Notes under the pieces: generated by a model | Seen by the model: the letters and a program-made list of their open reading frames with translations, nothing else | What the model was told of the DNA's origin: nothing | The model's database searches: none | From: Alphaproteobacteria bacterium | Lineage (GTDB): Bacteria; Pseudomonadota; Alphaproteobacteria; SHVZ01 | Direction: 5' to 3' | DNA: 64,000 nt | Assembly (NCBI GenBank): GCA_016869285.1 | Contig: VGEN01000002.1 | Coordinates: forward strand, 2,560 to 66,559 | Shown here: positions 27,752 to 37,078 of the stretch, in pieces | Layout of the letters: every line of letters starts with the position of its first letter | How positions within the stretch are numbered: the first letter of the stretch is position 1 | Made by a program: the position numbers and the translations under genes

Positions 27752-29394
27752 CTCGTCGCCAGCCGGCTGCGCTTGAGCTCGCCGGTCGCTTCCAGGATCG
27801 GATAGGCGACCGAGGTCAGGTGCGAATGGATACGCTTCAGGTCGCGGAGGATGTCGAGATGCAACGAGGAGGTCTCGATGCTCTCCGGCCGGCCGCTCTT
27901 GAGGCGCTCCAGATGGTGCTCGGCGGCGCGGCGCTCGCGGTCTCGCATCGCGTCCTTGTGCTCGATCAGGCGGCGCGCCTGCGCCGCGTCGCCCTGCATG
28001 AAGACGGCGAGCGAGAGCTTGAGCGTGTCGAGCACGCTCGCATGGATGTCGCCGATCTCGGCAAAGCCTTCCTCGGAGAAGCGCAGCCGGTTCTTGATCT
28101 TCTTGATCGCGATCTCGATCAGGTTCTTGTCAATGATGTCGCCGACATGCTCAAGGTTAGTCGTATAGGCGATGATCTCCATGCAGCGCTTGCTGTCGGC
28201 CTCGCCCAGCGCCTCGCGGCTCACCTGGGTGAGATAGAGCTTGATCGCCTCATGCAGGCGGTCGACGACGTTGTCGCGCTGGCAGATGTCGTCGGCGAGC
28301 TTGCGGTCGTCGGTCCGGAGCACCGTCAGCACGTCGCGCAGCATGGTCTCGAGCGCGTCGCCCATCCGCAGCGTCTCGCGTGACGCGGCGGCGATGGCGA
28401 GCGCCGGCGAGTCGATGACGGCCTGGTCGAGATAGCGCGGCTTCATCGGATCGTCGCCGGTTCGCTGCTCCGGCAGCAGCTTCTCGGCGAGGGTGGCCGC
28501 GGGGCCGATCAGCGCCAGGAACACGATGGCGAGCGTCAGGTTGAAGCCCAGGTGGAAGTTGACGACCTGCCGGCCGATCTCGCCGCCGAGCGCGGGTAGC
28601 GCCGAGGCGATCATCCCGAGCAGCGGCAGCGCCACGATGACGCCGATGAAGCGGAAGGAGAGATTGCCGAGCGTCACCCGGCGCGCTGCCGCATCGCCGC
28701 TCCAGGTGGCGCTCACGGCCGGTAGCCCGCCGCCGAGATTGGCGCCGAGGACGATGGCGAGAGCGAGCGGCAGCGGCACGATGCCGATCGTCGCCATCGA
28801 CATCACCATCAGGATGATGGCGAGGCTCGAATGCGCGAGCCAGGTGAGGCCGGCGCCGATCAGGACCGCGATCAGCGGCTCGCCGGCCAGCGCCGCCATG
28901 ACCTCCTGGAGCACGACAGAGTGCTGAAGCGGCTGCGAGGATTCGACGATGAGCCGGAGCGCCAGCAGCATCAGGCCGAGGCCGACCACCGCGCGGCCGG
29001 CATCGCGCCAGCGCGTCGTCGTGATCGCCATGAAGGAGACGACGCCGATCAGGATCAGCGCTGGGGAGAGCCAGGTCACGTCGAATGAGAGGGCCTGCGC
29101 CACCAGCGCCGTGCCGACATCGGCGCCCAGCATCACCGCGAGCGCTGGCGCGGTCGCCATCAGCCCGCGCTCGGCGAAGGACGCGGTCATCAGCGCGGTC
29201 GCGGTCGAGCTCTGCACCGCGCCGGTGACGCCTAGCCCGATCAGGAAGGAAGAGAAGCGGTTGCGGAGCCCGATACCGATCGCCCGCCGGAGGTCGCCGC
29301 CGAAGGCGCGCATGACACCGGTGCGGACCATGCGCAGGCCCCAGAGCAGCAGGGCCACGCCGCCCATGAGGTGGAGAAGAACCGTCGTAGCCAA
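27748..29394 (-). CDS. Na/Pi cotransporter family protein with C-terminal PhoU domains (YjbB/NptA-like)
   Basis: VQSSTAT, GADVGT, HSSLA, GANLG, LEHVGDII and ETSSLHLDILRDLKRI motifs; TTG start. Confidence 0.92.
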   Translation of the reverse strand: MATTVLLHLMGGVALLLWGLRMVRTGVMRAFGGDLRRAIGIGLRNRFSSFLIGLGVTGAVQSSTATALMTASFAERGLMATAPALAVMLGADVGTALVAQALSFDVTWLSPALILIGVVSFMAITTTRWRDAGRAVVGLGLMLLALRLIVESSQPLQHSVVLQEVMAALAGEPLIAVLIGAGLTWLAHSSLAIILMVMSMATIGIVPLPLALAIVLGANLGGGLPAVSATWSGDAAARRVTLGNLSFRFIGVIVALPLLGMIASALPALGGEIGRQVVNFHLGFNLTLAIVFLALIGPAATLAEKLLPEQRTGDDPMKPRYLDQAVIDSPALAIAAASRETLRMGDALETMLRDVLTVLRTDDRKLADDICQRDNVVDRLHEAIKLYLTQVSREALGEADSKRCMEIIAYTTNLEHVGDIIDKNLIEIAIKKIKNRLRFSEEGFAEIGDIHASVLDTLKLSLAVFMQGDAAQARRLIEHKDAMRDRERRAAEHHLERLKSGRPESIETSSLHLDILRDLKRIHSHLTSVAYPILEATGELKRSRLATS

Positions 29395-29415
29395 CGCCTG
29401 GAGACCTCACGCGAA

Positions 29416-29433
29416 TTGTCACAAAATTGTAAA
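29416..29433 (+). promoter_or_regulatory. Pho-box-like direct repeat upstream of the Na/Pi cotransporter
   Basis: TTGTCAC-AAAA-TTGTAAA, 22-39 nt from the transporter start codon. Confidence 0.55.
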
Positions 29434-29512
29434 ACATCATCGCCCCCATCCGCCGAGGATGGCAAGACGAAGTTTTCTGCCCATCTATGGCGTCTTTGAG
29501 GAATTGTCCCGG

Positions 29513-30517
29513 ATGCGTCCCGAGACCTGGGTGAGACCGACGCCCGCAGGGCTGTTTGTCGAACCCGGCAGCTTCTACATCGATCCCTCCTCGCCGGTAG
29601 ACCGCGCCGTCGTCACCCATGGGCATTCGGACCATGCGCGTGGCGGCAATCGACGCGTGCTGGCGACGGCCGAGACGCTGGCGATCATGAAAAGCCGCTT
29701 CGGCCACGACGCTATCGGCGCGATCCAGGCGCTCGCCTATGGCGAGAGGATAGAGATCAACGGCGTCGGCGTGAGCTTGGCGCCGGCTGGCCACATCCTG
29801 GGCTCGGCCCAGGTGGTGCTGGATTGGCAAGGCAGCCGCATCGTCGTCTCTGGCGACTACAAGCGCCGGCGGGACCCGACCTGCCCGCCCTTCGAGCCGA
29901 TCAGGTGCGACGTGTTCATCACCGAGGCGACTTTCGCGCTGCCGGTTTTCTGCCATCCCGACGACAAGGAAGAGGTCGCCAGGCTCCTCCACTCGATGGC
30001 GGTCTTTCCCGAGCGCACGCATCTGGTCGGCGTCTATGCACTCGGCAAGTGTCAGCGTCTGATCCGCCTCCTGCGCGAGGCCGGATACGACCAGCCGATC
30101 TACCTGCACGGCGCCCTGGTCGGGCTTTGTGATCTCTATCGCGAGCACGGCGTCGATCTCGGCGATCTCCGGCCGGCGACCGAGGCTCCGCCCGGCATGT
30201 TCGCCGGCGTCCTGGTGCTGGCGCCGCCGTCTTCCCTCGGCGACCGCTGGTCGCGCCGCATGGCCGATTCCGTGCTTTCCTTCGCCTCGGGCTGGATGCG
30301 GATCAAGCAGCGCGCCAAGCAGCGCGGCGTCGAGCTGCCTCTGGTGATCTCGGATCACGCCGATTGGGGCGAGCTGACGCAGACGCTCGACGAGGTGGGC
30401 GCGCCCGAAGTGTGGGTCACCCATGGCCGCGAGGATGCGCTGGTCCATCACGCGACGACCCGCGGCATACGTGCCCGTGCTCTGTCGCTGCTCGGCTTCG
30501 AGGAGGAGGGGAGTTGA
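29513..30517 (+). CDS. Ligase-associated DNA damage response exonuclease (MBL/beta-CASP)
   Basis: THGHSDHAR, AGHILGS, SGDYKR, ITEATF, SDHADW and VTHG motifs; directly upstream of the ATP-dependent ligase. Confidence 0.92.
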   Translation: MRPETWVRPTPAGLFVEPGSFYIDPSSPVDRAVVTHGHSDHARGGNRRVLATAETLAIMKSRFGHDAIGAIQALAYGERIEINGVGVSLAPAGHILGSAQVVLDWQGSRIVVSGDYKRRRDPTCPPFEPIRCDVFITEATFALPVFCHPDDKEEVARLLHSMAVFPERTHLVGVYALGKCQRLIRLLREAGYDQPIYLHGALVGLCDLYREHGVDLGDLRPATEAPPGMFAGVLVLAPPSSLGDRWSRRMADSVLSFASGWMRIKQRAKQRGVELPLVISDHADWGELTQTLDEVGAPEVWVTHGREDALVHHATTRGIRARALSLLGFEEEGS

Positions 30518-32091
30518 AAGCCTTCTCCCGTCTGCTCGCGAGCCTGCTCTATTCCCCGGCACGTAATACCAAGCTGCGCTTGCTGCGCGTCTATCTCGCC
30601 GAGACGCCGGACCCGGATCGCGGATATGCGCTGGCGGCGCTGACCGGCACCCTGGCCTTCGCCGAGGCGAAGCCGGCGGCGGTACGCGAGGTCGCGCGGC
30701 AGCGCCTCGATCCGGTGCTCTTCGATCTCTCCTACGACTATGTCGGCGATCTCGCCGAGACTGTGGCCCTGATCTGGCCGGCATCGGACCAGAGCCATGA
30801 CCTCCGCCTGGGCGAGGTGGTCGAGACCCTGACCTTGGCGGCGCGCGCCAAAGTGCCGGAGCTGCTGGAGGGCTGGCTCGACCGGCTCGATGCCGATGCG
30901 CGCTGGGCATTGATCAAGCTGCTGACCGGCGGACTTCGCGTCGGCGTCTCCGAGCGCCTCGCCAAGTCCGCGCTGGCGGAGCACGGCAAGGTCGAGCTCG
31001 CTGAGGTCGAGGAAGTCTGGCACGGGCTCGATCCGCCCTATCGGAGCCTGTTCGACTGGCTCGATCGCAAGGCGACGAGGCCGCAGATCGACACCAGCCG
31101 CCTCTTCCGCCCGCTGATGCTGGCGCAGGCGCTGGAGGAGAGCGACCTGATCTCGCTCGATCCCAGTGACTTCCGTGCCGAATGGAAATGGGACGGTATC
31201 CGCGTGCAGATCGTCTCCGGCCCGGACGGCGCACGCCTCTTCTCGCGCGGCGGGGAGGAGGTCGGGCCGGCCTTTCCCGATCTGGTCGACCGCATGAGCT
31301 TCTCCGCCGTCGTCGATGGCGAACTGCTGGTCCGACGCGGCGAAGAGGTCGCACCTTTCAACGACCTGCAACAGCGCCTCAACCGCAAGAAAGCGACCGA
31401 GAAGCACCTTGCCGACTACCCGGCCTTCGTCCGCGTCTACGATCTGCTTTTCGAGGGCGAGGAGGATCTTCGCCATCTGGGCTTCGATGCCCGCCGCGCC
31501 CGGCTCGAGGCCTGGGTCGCCAGGACCGGCCTTGCCACGGGCGTCATCGATCTCTCGCCGTTGGTGCCCTTCGCGGATTGGGAAGAACTCGGCCGCCATC
31601 GCCTCGGCGCCGGCGCGCTCAACGCCGAAGGCCTGATGCTCAAGCGCGCCGACAGCCCCTATGTCCCCGGCCGGCCGAAGGGCCTCTGGTTCAAATGGAA
31701 GCGTGCCGCCGACACCATCGATGCCGTGCTGATGTATGCGCAGCGCGGTCACGGCAAGCGCTCGTCCTTCTACTCCGACTACACCTTCGGCCTCTGGACC
31801 TCGCCAGGCGGCGAGCTGGTGCCGATCGGAAAGGCGTATTTCGGCTTCACCAATACGGAGCTGATGGAACTCGACAAATGGGTACGCAACCACACGACCG
31901 ACCGCTTCGGCCCGGTGCGCCAGGTCGAGCCCGGCCTCGTGCTGGAGATCGCCTTCGACTCCGCCCAGCGCTCGACGCGGCACAAATCCGGCGTGGCGCT
32001 CCGCTTCCCGCGCGTCGCCCGCATCCGCTGGGACAAGCCGGCCGGCGAGGCGGATATCCTCGAAACCCTGGTGAAGCGCATCCCGGCCTGA
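30514..32091 (+). CDS. ATP-dependent DNA ligase (DNA-damage-response type)
   Basis: TTG start overlapping the exonuclease stop; EWKWDGIR, DGEL, EGLMLK, WFKWK and LRFPR motifs. Confidence 0.93.
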   Translation: MKAFSRLLASLLYSPARNTKLRLLRVYLAETPDPDRGYALAALTGTLAFAEAKPAAVREVARQRLDPVLFDLSYDYVGDLAETVALIWPASDQSHDLRLGEVVETLTLAARAKVPELLEGWLDRLDADARWALIKLLTGGLRVGVSERLAKSALAEHGKVELAEVEEVWHGLDPPYRSLFDWLDRKATRPQIDTSRLFRPLMLAQALEESDLISLDPSDFRAEWKWDGIRVQIVSGPDGARLFSRGGEEVGPAFPDLVDRMSFSAVVDGELLVRRGEEVAPFNDLQQRLNRKKATEKHLADYPAFVRVYDLLFEGEEDLRHLGFDARRARLEAWVARTGLATGVIDLSPLVPFADWEELGRHRLGAGALNAEGLMLKRADSPYVPGRPKGLWFKWKRAADTIDAVLMYAQRGHGKRSSFYSDYTFGLWTSPGGELVPIGKAYFGFTNTELMELDKWVRNHTTDRFGPVRQVEPGLVLEIAFDSAQRSTRHKSGVALRFPRVARIRWDKPAGEADILETLVKRIPA

Positions 32092-32108
32092 TGAGCTAGG
32101 ATTGGCGC

Positions 32109-32933
32109 ATGACCGATCCCTTCGCCCATCCGCCGCGCGACCTGGTCAACCTGGAGCGCTATCCTCTGGATGATGCACGCCGCCGCGCCGAGCTGGCCGA
32201 ACGCTGTCGCCGCGAGCTGGCGGCGGACAGCTGCGTCATGCTTCCGGGCTTCGTCACCGAGGAAGCGACCCGCCGCATGGTTGACGAGGCGATGGCGACG
32301 TTGCCGCGCGCCAACCGCCGCGACCATCACCTGACGCCCTACGGACCGCCGCGCACCGATCTTCCGGCCGGCGACCCGCGAACGATCACCTCGCGCAACA
32401 CGATGCATGCCGTCGCCGGCGACGATATAGCCGACTCGACCGGTGTGCAGCGCCTCTATCGCTGGGACGGGCTCACTCGCTTCATCGCCGAGGTGGTGAA
32501 GGCCGACGAGCTCCATCGGGTGCTTGACCCGATCTTCAATTGCAACCTCAGCATCATCGGCGAGGGCGAAAGCCACCACTGGCATTTCGACTCGAATGAC
32601 TTCGTCGTCACCCTGCTGCTCCAGCGGGCCGAGGCCGGCGGCGATTTCGAGTTCGCGCCCTATATCCGCAGCGAGACCGATGAGAACTACAGCGGCGTCG
32701 CCGAGGTGCTGCGCGGGGGGAAGCGTGGCGTGAAGACCGTCCGGGTCGAGCCCGGCACGCTGGTGCTTTTCTGCGGCAAGTACTCGCTACACCGCGTGAG
32801 CCCGGTCGACGGCAAGCAGAAGCGGATCATTGCGCTCTACAGCTACGACAAGCGCCCGGACAAGATGTTCTCCGATGAGAACGCGCTGCGCGTCTTCAAC
32901 CGCAGGCGCGTGACCCGGGCAGCCGCCGACTAG
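32109..32933 (+). CDS. Fe(II)/2-oxoglutarate oxygenase, HalD/BesD-like family
   Basis: HWHFD (HxD), GGDFEF, PGTLVLFCGKYSLHRVSPV and distal R motifs; N-terminal VNLERYPL. Confidence 0.75.
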   Translation: MTDPFAHPPRDLVNLERYPLDDARRRAELAERCRRELAADSCVMLPGFVTEEATRRMVDEAMATLPRANRRDHHLTPYGPPRTDLPAGDPRTITSRNTMHAVAGDDIADSTGVQRLYRWDGLTRFIAEVVKADELHRVLDPIFNCNLSIIGEGESHHWHFDSNDFVVTLLLQRAEAGGDFEFAPYIRSETDENYSGVAEVLRGGKRGVKTVRVEPGTLVLFCGKYSLHRVSPVDGKQKRIIALYSYDKRPDKMFSDENALRVFNRRRVTRAAAD

Positions 32934-33892
32934 GCTTTCAGCAGCCCCTCGACGCAGCGCTGGACTGTCAGACCTTCGGCCAGCGTCGGCAGGCGATGGG
33001 CGCGGCCGGCGAGCATGGCGGCGAGCGCATCGAGCTGGCCGACCTGGGCGCGCTGGCGCAGCTCTTCCGATGAATTTCCGGGCGGCCGCCAGTTGTTGCC
33101 TTCGCGGATCTCAACATTCATCCAGTCAACCAGACGGACGCCGCCGTGCTCGAACTCGACCGTGGTGACGTTGCGGTCGGCGACCGTGGTGCCGCCGACT
33201 CGGCCCGAGATCGCCGCGTGCACGGAGCCGAAGATCACGCGGGCATCGAGCGCGGTCTCGGCGCCGTCGCCGGCCGGATAGGTCGGTCGCGTCTCGACGA
33301 TCTCCGGCGTGCCCAGAACGCGCTGAAGCGCAAAGACGAAATGCGAGATCACCTCGCGGGTGAAGCCGCCTTCGGCGCTCTTCGAAAGCCATGACGCTGC
33401 GCCCGTCTGCCAGGGGCGCGGCCAAGCGGCGAACTGGACCTCGACCGAAGCGGTGACCGGATTGCCGAAGCAGCCCGATTGCACCGTGTCTTCCAGGGCG
33501 ATCAAGCCCGGCGCATGGGCGAGCGAGAAGTTGATCGCGGCCAACCGCTTCTCGCGCGTCGCCCGCTCGACGATCGCCTCCGCCTCCTTGAGATCGGTCG
33601 CCAGCGGCTTCTCGACGAAGACCGGCTTGCCGGCATCGAAGGCTGCGAAGGAGTGCGCGATATGGCTCGACGGCGGCGAGGCAATGTAGACGCAGGCGAT
33701 GTCGCCGCGGCGGCAGAGCGCCTCGGCCGATGCATCGAGGTCGAGCGTCGGATGCGCCTTCTTCGTGCGCTCGCGCGCCTCGGCGCTCGGATCCCAACCG
33801 GCGGTGGCTTGGAGATCCGGATGCTGCGCGAGGCGGTCGAGCATCCGGTTGCCCATGATGCCGAGGCCGATGACGCCGACGCGATAGGCCAT
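32930..33892 (-). CDS. Gfo/Idh/MocA oxidoreductase
   Basis: GVIGLGIMG, YIASPP-SH, VEKPLA and GGFTREVISH motifs. Confidence 0.85.
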   Translation of the reverse strand: MAYRVGVIGLGIMGNRMLDRLAQHPDLQATAGWDPSAEARERTKKAHPTLDLDASAEALCRRGDIACVYIASPPSSHIAHSFAAFDAGKPVFVEKPLATDLKEAEAIVERATREKRLAAINFSLAHAPGLIALEDTVQSGCFGNPVTASVEVQFAAWPRPWQTGAASWLSKSAEGGFTREVISHFVFALQRVLGTPEIVETRPTYPAGDGAETALDARVIFGSVHAAISGRVGGTTVADRNVTTVEFEHGGVRLVDWMNVEIREGNNWRPPGNSSEELRQRAQVGQLDALAAMLAGRAHRLPTLAEGLTVQRCVEGLLKA

Positions 33893-33900
33893 TGTTGTCC

Positions 33901-35073
33901 TCAGTAGCTCTTGGGCAGGCCCAGCACGTGCTGGGCGATATGGGCGAGCACGAGATTGGTCGAGATCGGCGCGGTCTGGAAGAGCCGCGTCTCGCGCCAT
34001 TTGCGCTCGACATCGTATTCGCGCGCGAAGCCGAAGCCGCCGAAGGTCTGCATGCAGGCCTCAGCCGCGTGCCACGAGGCCTCCGAAGCCAGCAGCTTCG
34101 CCATATTGGCATCGGCGCCGCAATCCTGGCCCGCATCGAAGAGGGCGGCGGCGCGGCGATTGACCAGATCGGCCGCCTCCGTCTCGGCATGGGCGCGGGC
34201 GAGCGGGAACTGGATACCCTGGTTCTGGCCGATCGGGCGGCCGAAAACGTGCCGTTCGCGCGCATAGGCGCTGGCGGTCTTGATGAACCAGCGCGCATCG
34301 CCGATTGCCTCGCCCGAGAGCAGGATGCGCTCGGCATTCATGCCGTCGAGGATATAGCGGAAACCCTTGCCTTCCTCGCCGATCAGGTTCGCGACCGGCA
34401 CCTCGAGCCCGTCGAAGAACACCTCGGTCGTGTTGTGGTTGATCATCGCCTTGAGCGGGCGGATGTCGACGCCCTTGCCCTGGCTTTCGCGGAGATCGAC
34501 GAGGAAGACCGAGAGCCCGTCGCTCCGGCGCTTGACCTGGTCGAGCGGCGTGGTGCGCGCGATCAGCAGCATCATGTCCGAGGCGAGCGCGCGGCTGGTC
34601 CAGACCTTCTGGCCGTGCACGATATAGCGGTCGCCCTGGCGAATCGCGCGGGTCTTGAGCGCCGGGGTATCGGAACCGGATGTCGGTTCGGTCACGCCGA
34701 AGGCCTGCAGGCGGAGCCGGCCGGCGGCGATCTCGGGCAAATAGCGCTGCTTCTGCTCGGCGCTGCCGTGCCGCAGCAGCGTCCCCATGATGTACATCTG
34801 CGCATGGCAGGCGCCGGCGTTGCATCCCTCGCGATGGATCGTCTCCAGGATCACCACGCCGGCGCGGAGCGGCAGGCCGGCACCGCCGAACTCCTCCGGG
34901 ATCAGGGCACCCAGATACCCGGACTCGGTGAGCGCGCGGACGAAGGCCTCCGGATAGGCCTGCGCCTCCTCGAGTTCACGCCAATAGGCACCGGGAAAGC
35001 CGGCGCTGATCTTGGCGACTTCGACCCGGATCTCCGGGTAATCGTCGCCGATGGCGAGGCCTAGCGTGTCCAT
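33901..35073 (-). CDS. Acyl-CoA dehydrogenase
   Basis: FGVTEPTSGSD, GQKVWTS, FGRPIGQNQGIQF and GGFGFAREY motifs. Confidence 0.93.
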   Translation of the reverse strand: MDTLGLAIGDDYPEIRVEVAKISAGFPGAYWRELEEAQAYPEAFVRALTESGYLGALIPEEFGGAGLPLRAGVVILETIHREGCNAGACHAQMYIMGTLLRHGSAEQKQRYLPEIAAGRLRLQAFGVTEPTSGSDTPALKTRAIRQGDRYIVHGQKVWTSRALASDMMLLIARTTPLDQVKRRSDGLSVFLVDLRESQGKGVDIRPLKAMINHNTTEVFFDGLEVPVANLIGEEGKGFRYILDGMNAERILLSGEAIGDARWFIKTASAYARERHVFGRPIGQNQGIQFPLARAHAETEAADLVNRRAAALFDAGQDCGADANMAKLLASEASWHAAEACMQTFGGFGFAREYDVERKWRETRLFQTAPISTNLVLAHIAQHVLGLPKSY

Positions 35074-35155
35074 GCCTGATTCCTTCTCGCACGAGGGCGC
35101 ATGACACAGAAGCGGAGGCCGCACGCACCATCGTTCCGGCCGACGAAGGACGAGA

Positions 35156-37006
35156 TCACGGCGTGAGCCGCCGCATCTGATCCAACGCTTCGACGAAGGC
35201 GGCAGCGAAGCGGGCCTGGTCGAAAAGCGGCGAAGCCCGCATCCGCTCCCTGAGTCCGGCGCGCACCTCGCTCAGTTGGTCGGTGCGCTGCGCCCATGTC
35301 AGCGCCGTCTCGACATACGCCTCGGAGCTGGCGGTAATGAAATCGGGTAGTCCCACATTGTGCAAATGGCTGGCTGCATGGCGGCCGACCGGACGGTCGC
35401 TGGGCAACGTCACAACCGGAACGCCCATCCACAGCGCCTCGCAGCCTGTCGTGCCGACGCCGCAAGGCGAGGTATCAAGGATGAGGTCGACGTCGGAGTA
35501 GTTGGCGAGCCACTGCAGATGGTTGCTTTGTGGCCGAAGCTCGATGCGCTCTGCCGGCAGGCCATGCTGGGCGAAGCGAGCGGCGAGGCCGGCTCGAACA
35601 GTCGAGCGCTCGAGCCCGGGAGCGGCAATGATCAGCCTTGCGTCGCTCGCCCGCCTCATCAGCTCGGCCCAGCGGAGCAGCACCTCGTCCGTGATCTTGA
35701 GCAGCTGGCCGAAGCAGCCGAAGGTAGGAAAGCCATGCGTTGCCGCGGGCGGCAGGCCGACGGGCGGCGCGTAGTCGGGAGGCGAGTAGCATTTGAAGCT
35801 GTCACGCAGTCGGATCACGCGCTCGGTGTAGAGCGGATCGTCCTGCTCGGGAGCGATGATCCGGTCCGTCAGGATGAAATCCATCTCCGGCACGCCGGTC
35901 GTGTCGTTGTAGTTCAGCCAAGTGACCTGAATCGGCGCTACCCGTCCCGCGAAGAGCGATAGCCGTGATGCGGCGGCGTGGCCGGCAAGATCGAAGAGAA
36001 TGTCGATCCGGTCCTCGGCGACGGCTGCGGCCAGCCGGTCGTCGCTCCAACCCGATATGGAGCGCCAGCCATCCGCATTTGCTTGCATGCGTGCCGTCAT
36101 CGCGTCGGGGCGGGCGACGTCGCTGTAACAAACCGCGTGCCAGGCCGAGCGAACGCGGCCGATGAGGGTCGGCAGAATGAACCACGCGGCGGGCGTCGCC
36201 CTGAAATCAGGGGAGACGAAGCCGACTCTCAGCGGCGCGCTCGTGACGGTCGGTCGTCTCGAACGAGGTTGGAAGGACGCCTTGATCCGAGGTCCGAGCG
36301 TTCGGTGAGCGGTGGCTATGTCTGCGACATTAGCCTTCGGATCAAGCCTCATCACGAAAAGATAAGCGCTGATCACGACGGAATCGTCTGGCGTGCAAGC
36401 GATGGCGCGTCTGGCCGCGACGATCGCAGTCTCGAGGTTTCCACCTTGCGCTGCGACACTGCCCCAGCCGCTGTGTCCCGCCGACATGCCCGGATCGAGC
36501 ACCAGCGCGAGCCGAGCCTGCTGCGCCGCGTCGTCCAGGCGCCACTGATCGCGCAGCACGCCAAGAAGACCGACTCGTGCCACAGACAAGGAAGGATCGG
36601 AGGATATAGCGAGACGAAAGTGCCTTTCCGCTACGACCGGATCGAGCAGTGCGGCATAGGCGTTGCCGAGATTTGCGTGGGAAGCGGCGTAGCCCGGCCT
36701 CAGGTCGAGCGCCTTCTGCAACGTCCGTATGCCGCTCGATAGATCCCCGCTCCGCAACTGCGCGGTTCCGAGCATGAGGTGCAGGACGGGACTCGTCGCG
36801 TCGAGGACAAGGCCGCGGCGGTAGTGAGCCAGCGCATTCGCCCAGTCCCGTCGCCACGACGCGACATTGCCAAGATTGCCGTGAGGATTGAGAGCGCTCG
36901 GAGTCAGCGCGAGCGCTTGCCGCAGCAGCACGGCCGCTGCCTCGTACCGGCCGCTATTCATCGCTTGCACGGCAAGGCGATTGAGTTCGTCGGCCGTCGA
37001 GACCAT
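35156..37006 (-). CDS. TPR protein with GT41 (SPINDLY/OGT-like) glycosyltransferase domain
   Basis: N-terminal TPRs; RVGFVSPDF, DILFDLAGH, APIQVTW, TTG, KIT, LDT-P and EALWMGVPVVTL motifs. Confidence 0.88.
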   Translation of the reverse strand: MVSTADELNRLAVQAMNSGRYEAAAVLLRQALALTPSALNPHGNLGNVASWRRDWANALAHYRRGLVLDATSPVLHLMLGTAQLRSGDLSSGIRTLQKALDLRPGYAASHANLGNAYAALLDPVVAERHFRLAISSDPSLSVARVGLLGVLRDQWRLDDAAQQARLALVLDPGMSAGHSGWGSVAAQGGNLETAIVAARRAIACTPDDSVVISAYLFVMRLDPKANVADIATAHRTLGPRIKASFQPRSRRPTVTSAPLRVGFVSPDFRATPAAWFILPTLIGRVRSAWHAVCYSDVARPDAMTARMQANADGWRSISGWSDDRLAAAVAEDRIDILFDLAGHAAASRLSLFAGRVAPIQVTWLNYNDTTGVPEMDFILTDRIIAPEQDDPLYTERVIRLRDSFKCYSPPDYAPPVGLPPAATHGFPTFGCFGQLLKITDEVLLRWAELMRRASDARLIIAAPGLERSTVRAGLAARFAQHGLPAERIELRPQSNHLQWLANYSDVDLILDTSPCGVGTTGCEALWMGVPVVTLPSDRPVGRHAASHLHNVGLPDFITASSEAYVETALTWAQRTDQLSEVRAGLRERMRASPLFDQARFAAAFVEALDQMRRLTP

Positions 37007-37078
37007 TTGCACGCCGGGCCTTCAAGCGAGAGAAGGCCATGCTATAACGCGACCCCTCTCGAAGTGTCGAGGACGATC

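Noticed and set aside
29434-29512. Possible LexA box before the ligase-associated repair operon
   Set aside because: No GTTC-N7-GTTC or GAAC-N7-GAAC match found; only a small CCATCC/GGATGG hairpin.
28250-30910. 886-aa minus-strand ORF and similar long Arg/Pro/Ala-rich ORFs (e.g. 39209-41308, 62208-63791, 59195-60769)
   Set aside because: Alternative-frame or antisense artefacts overlapping confidently identified genes.
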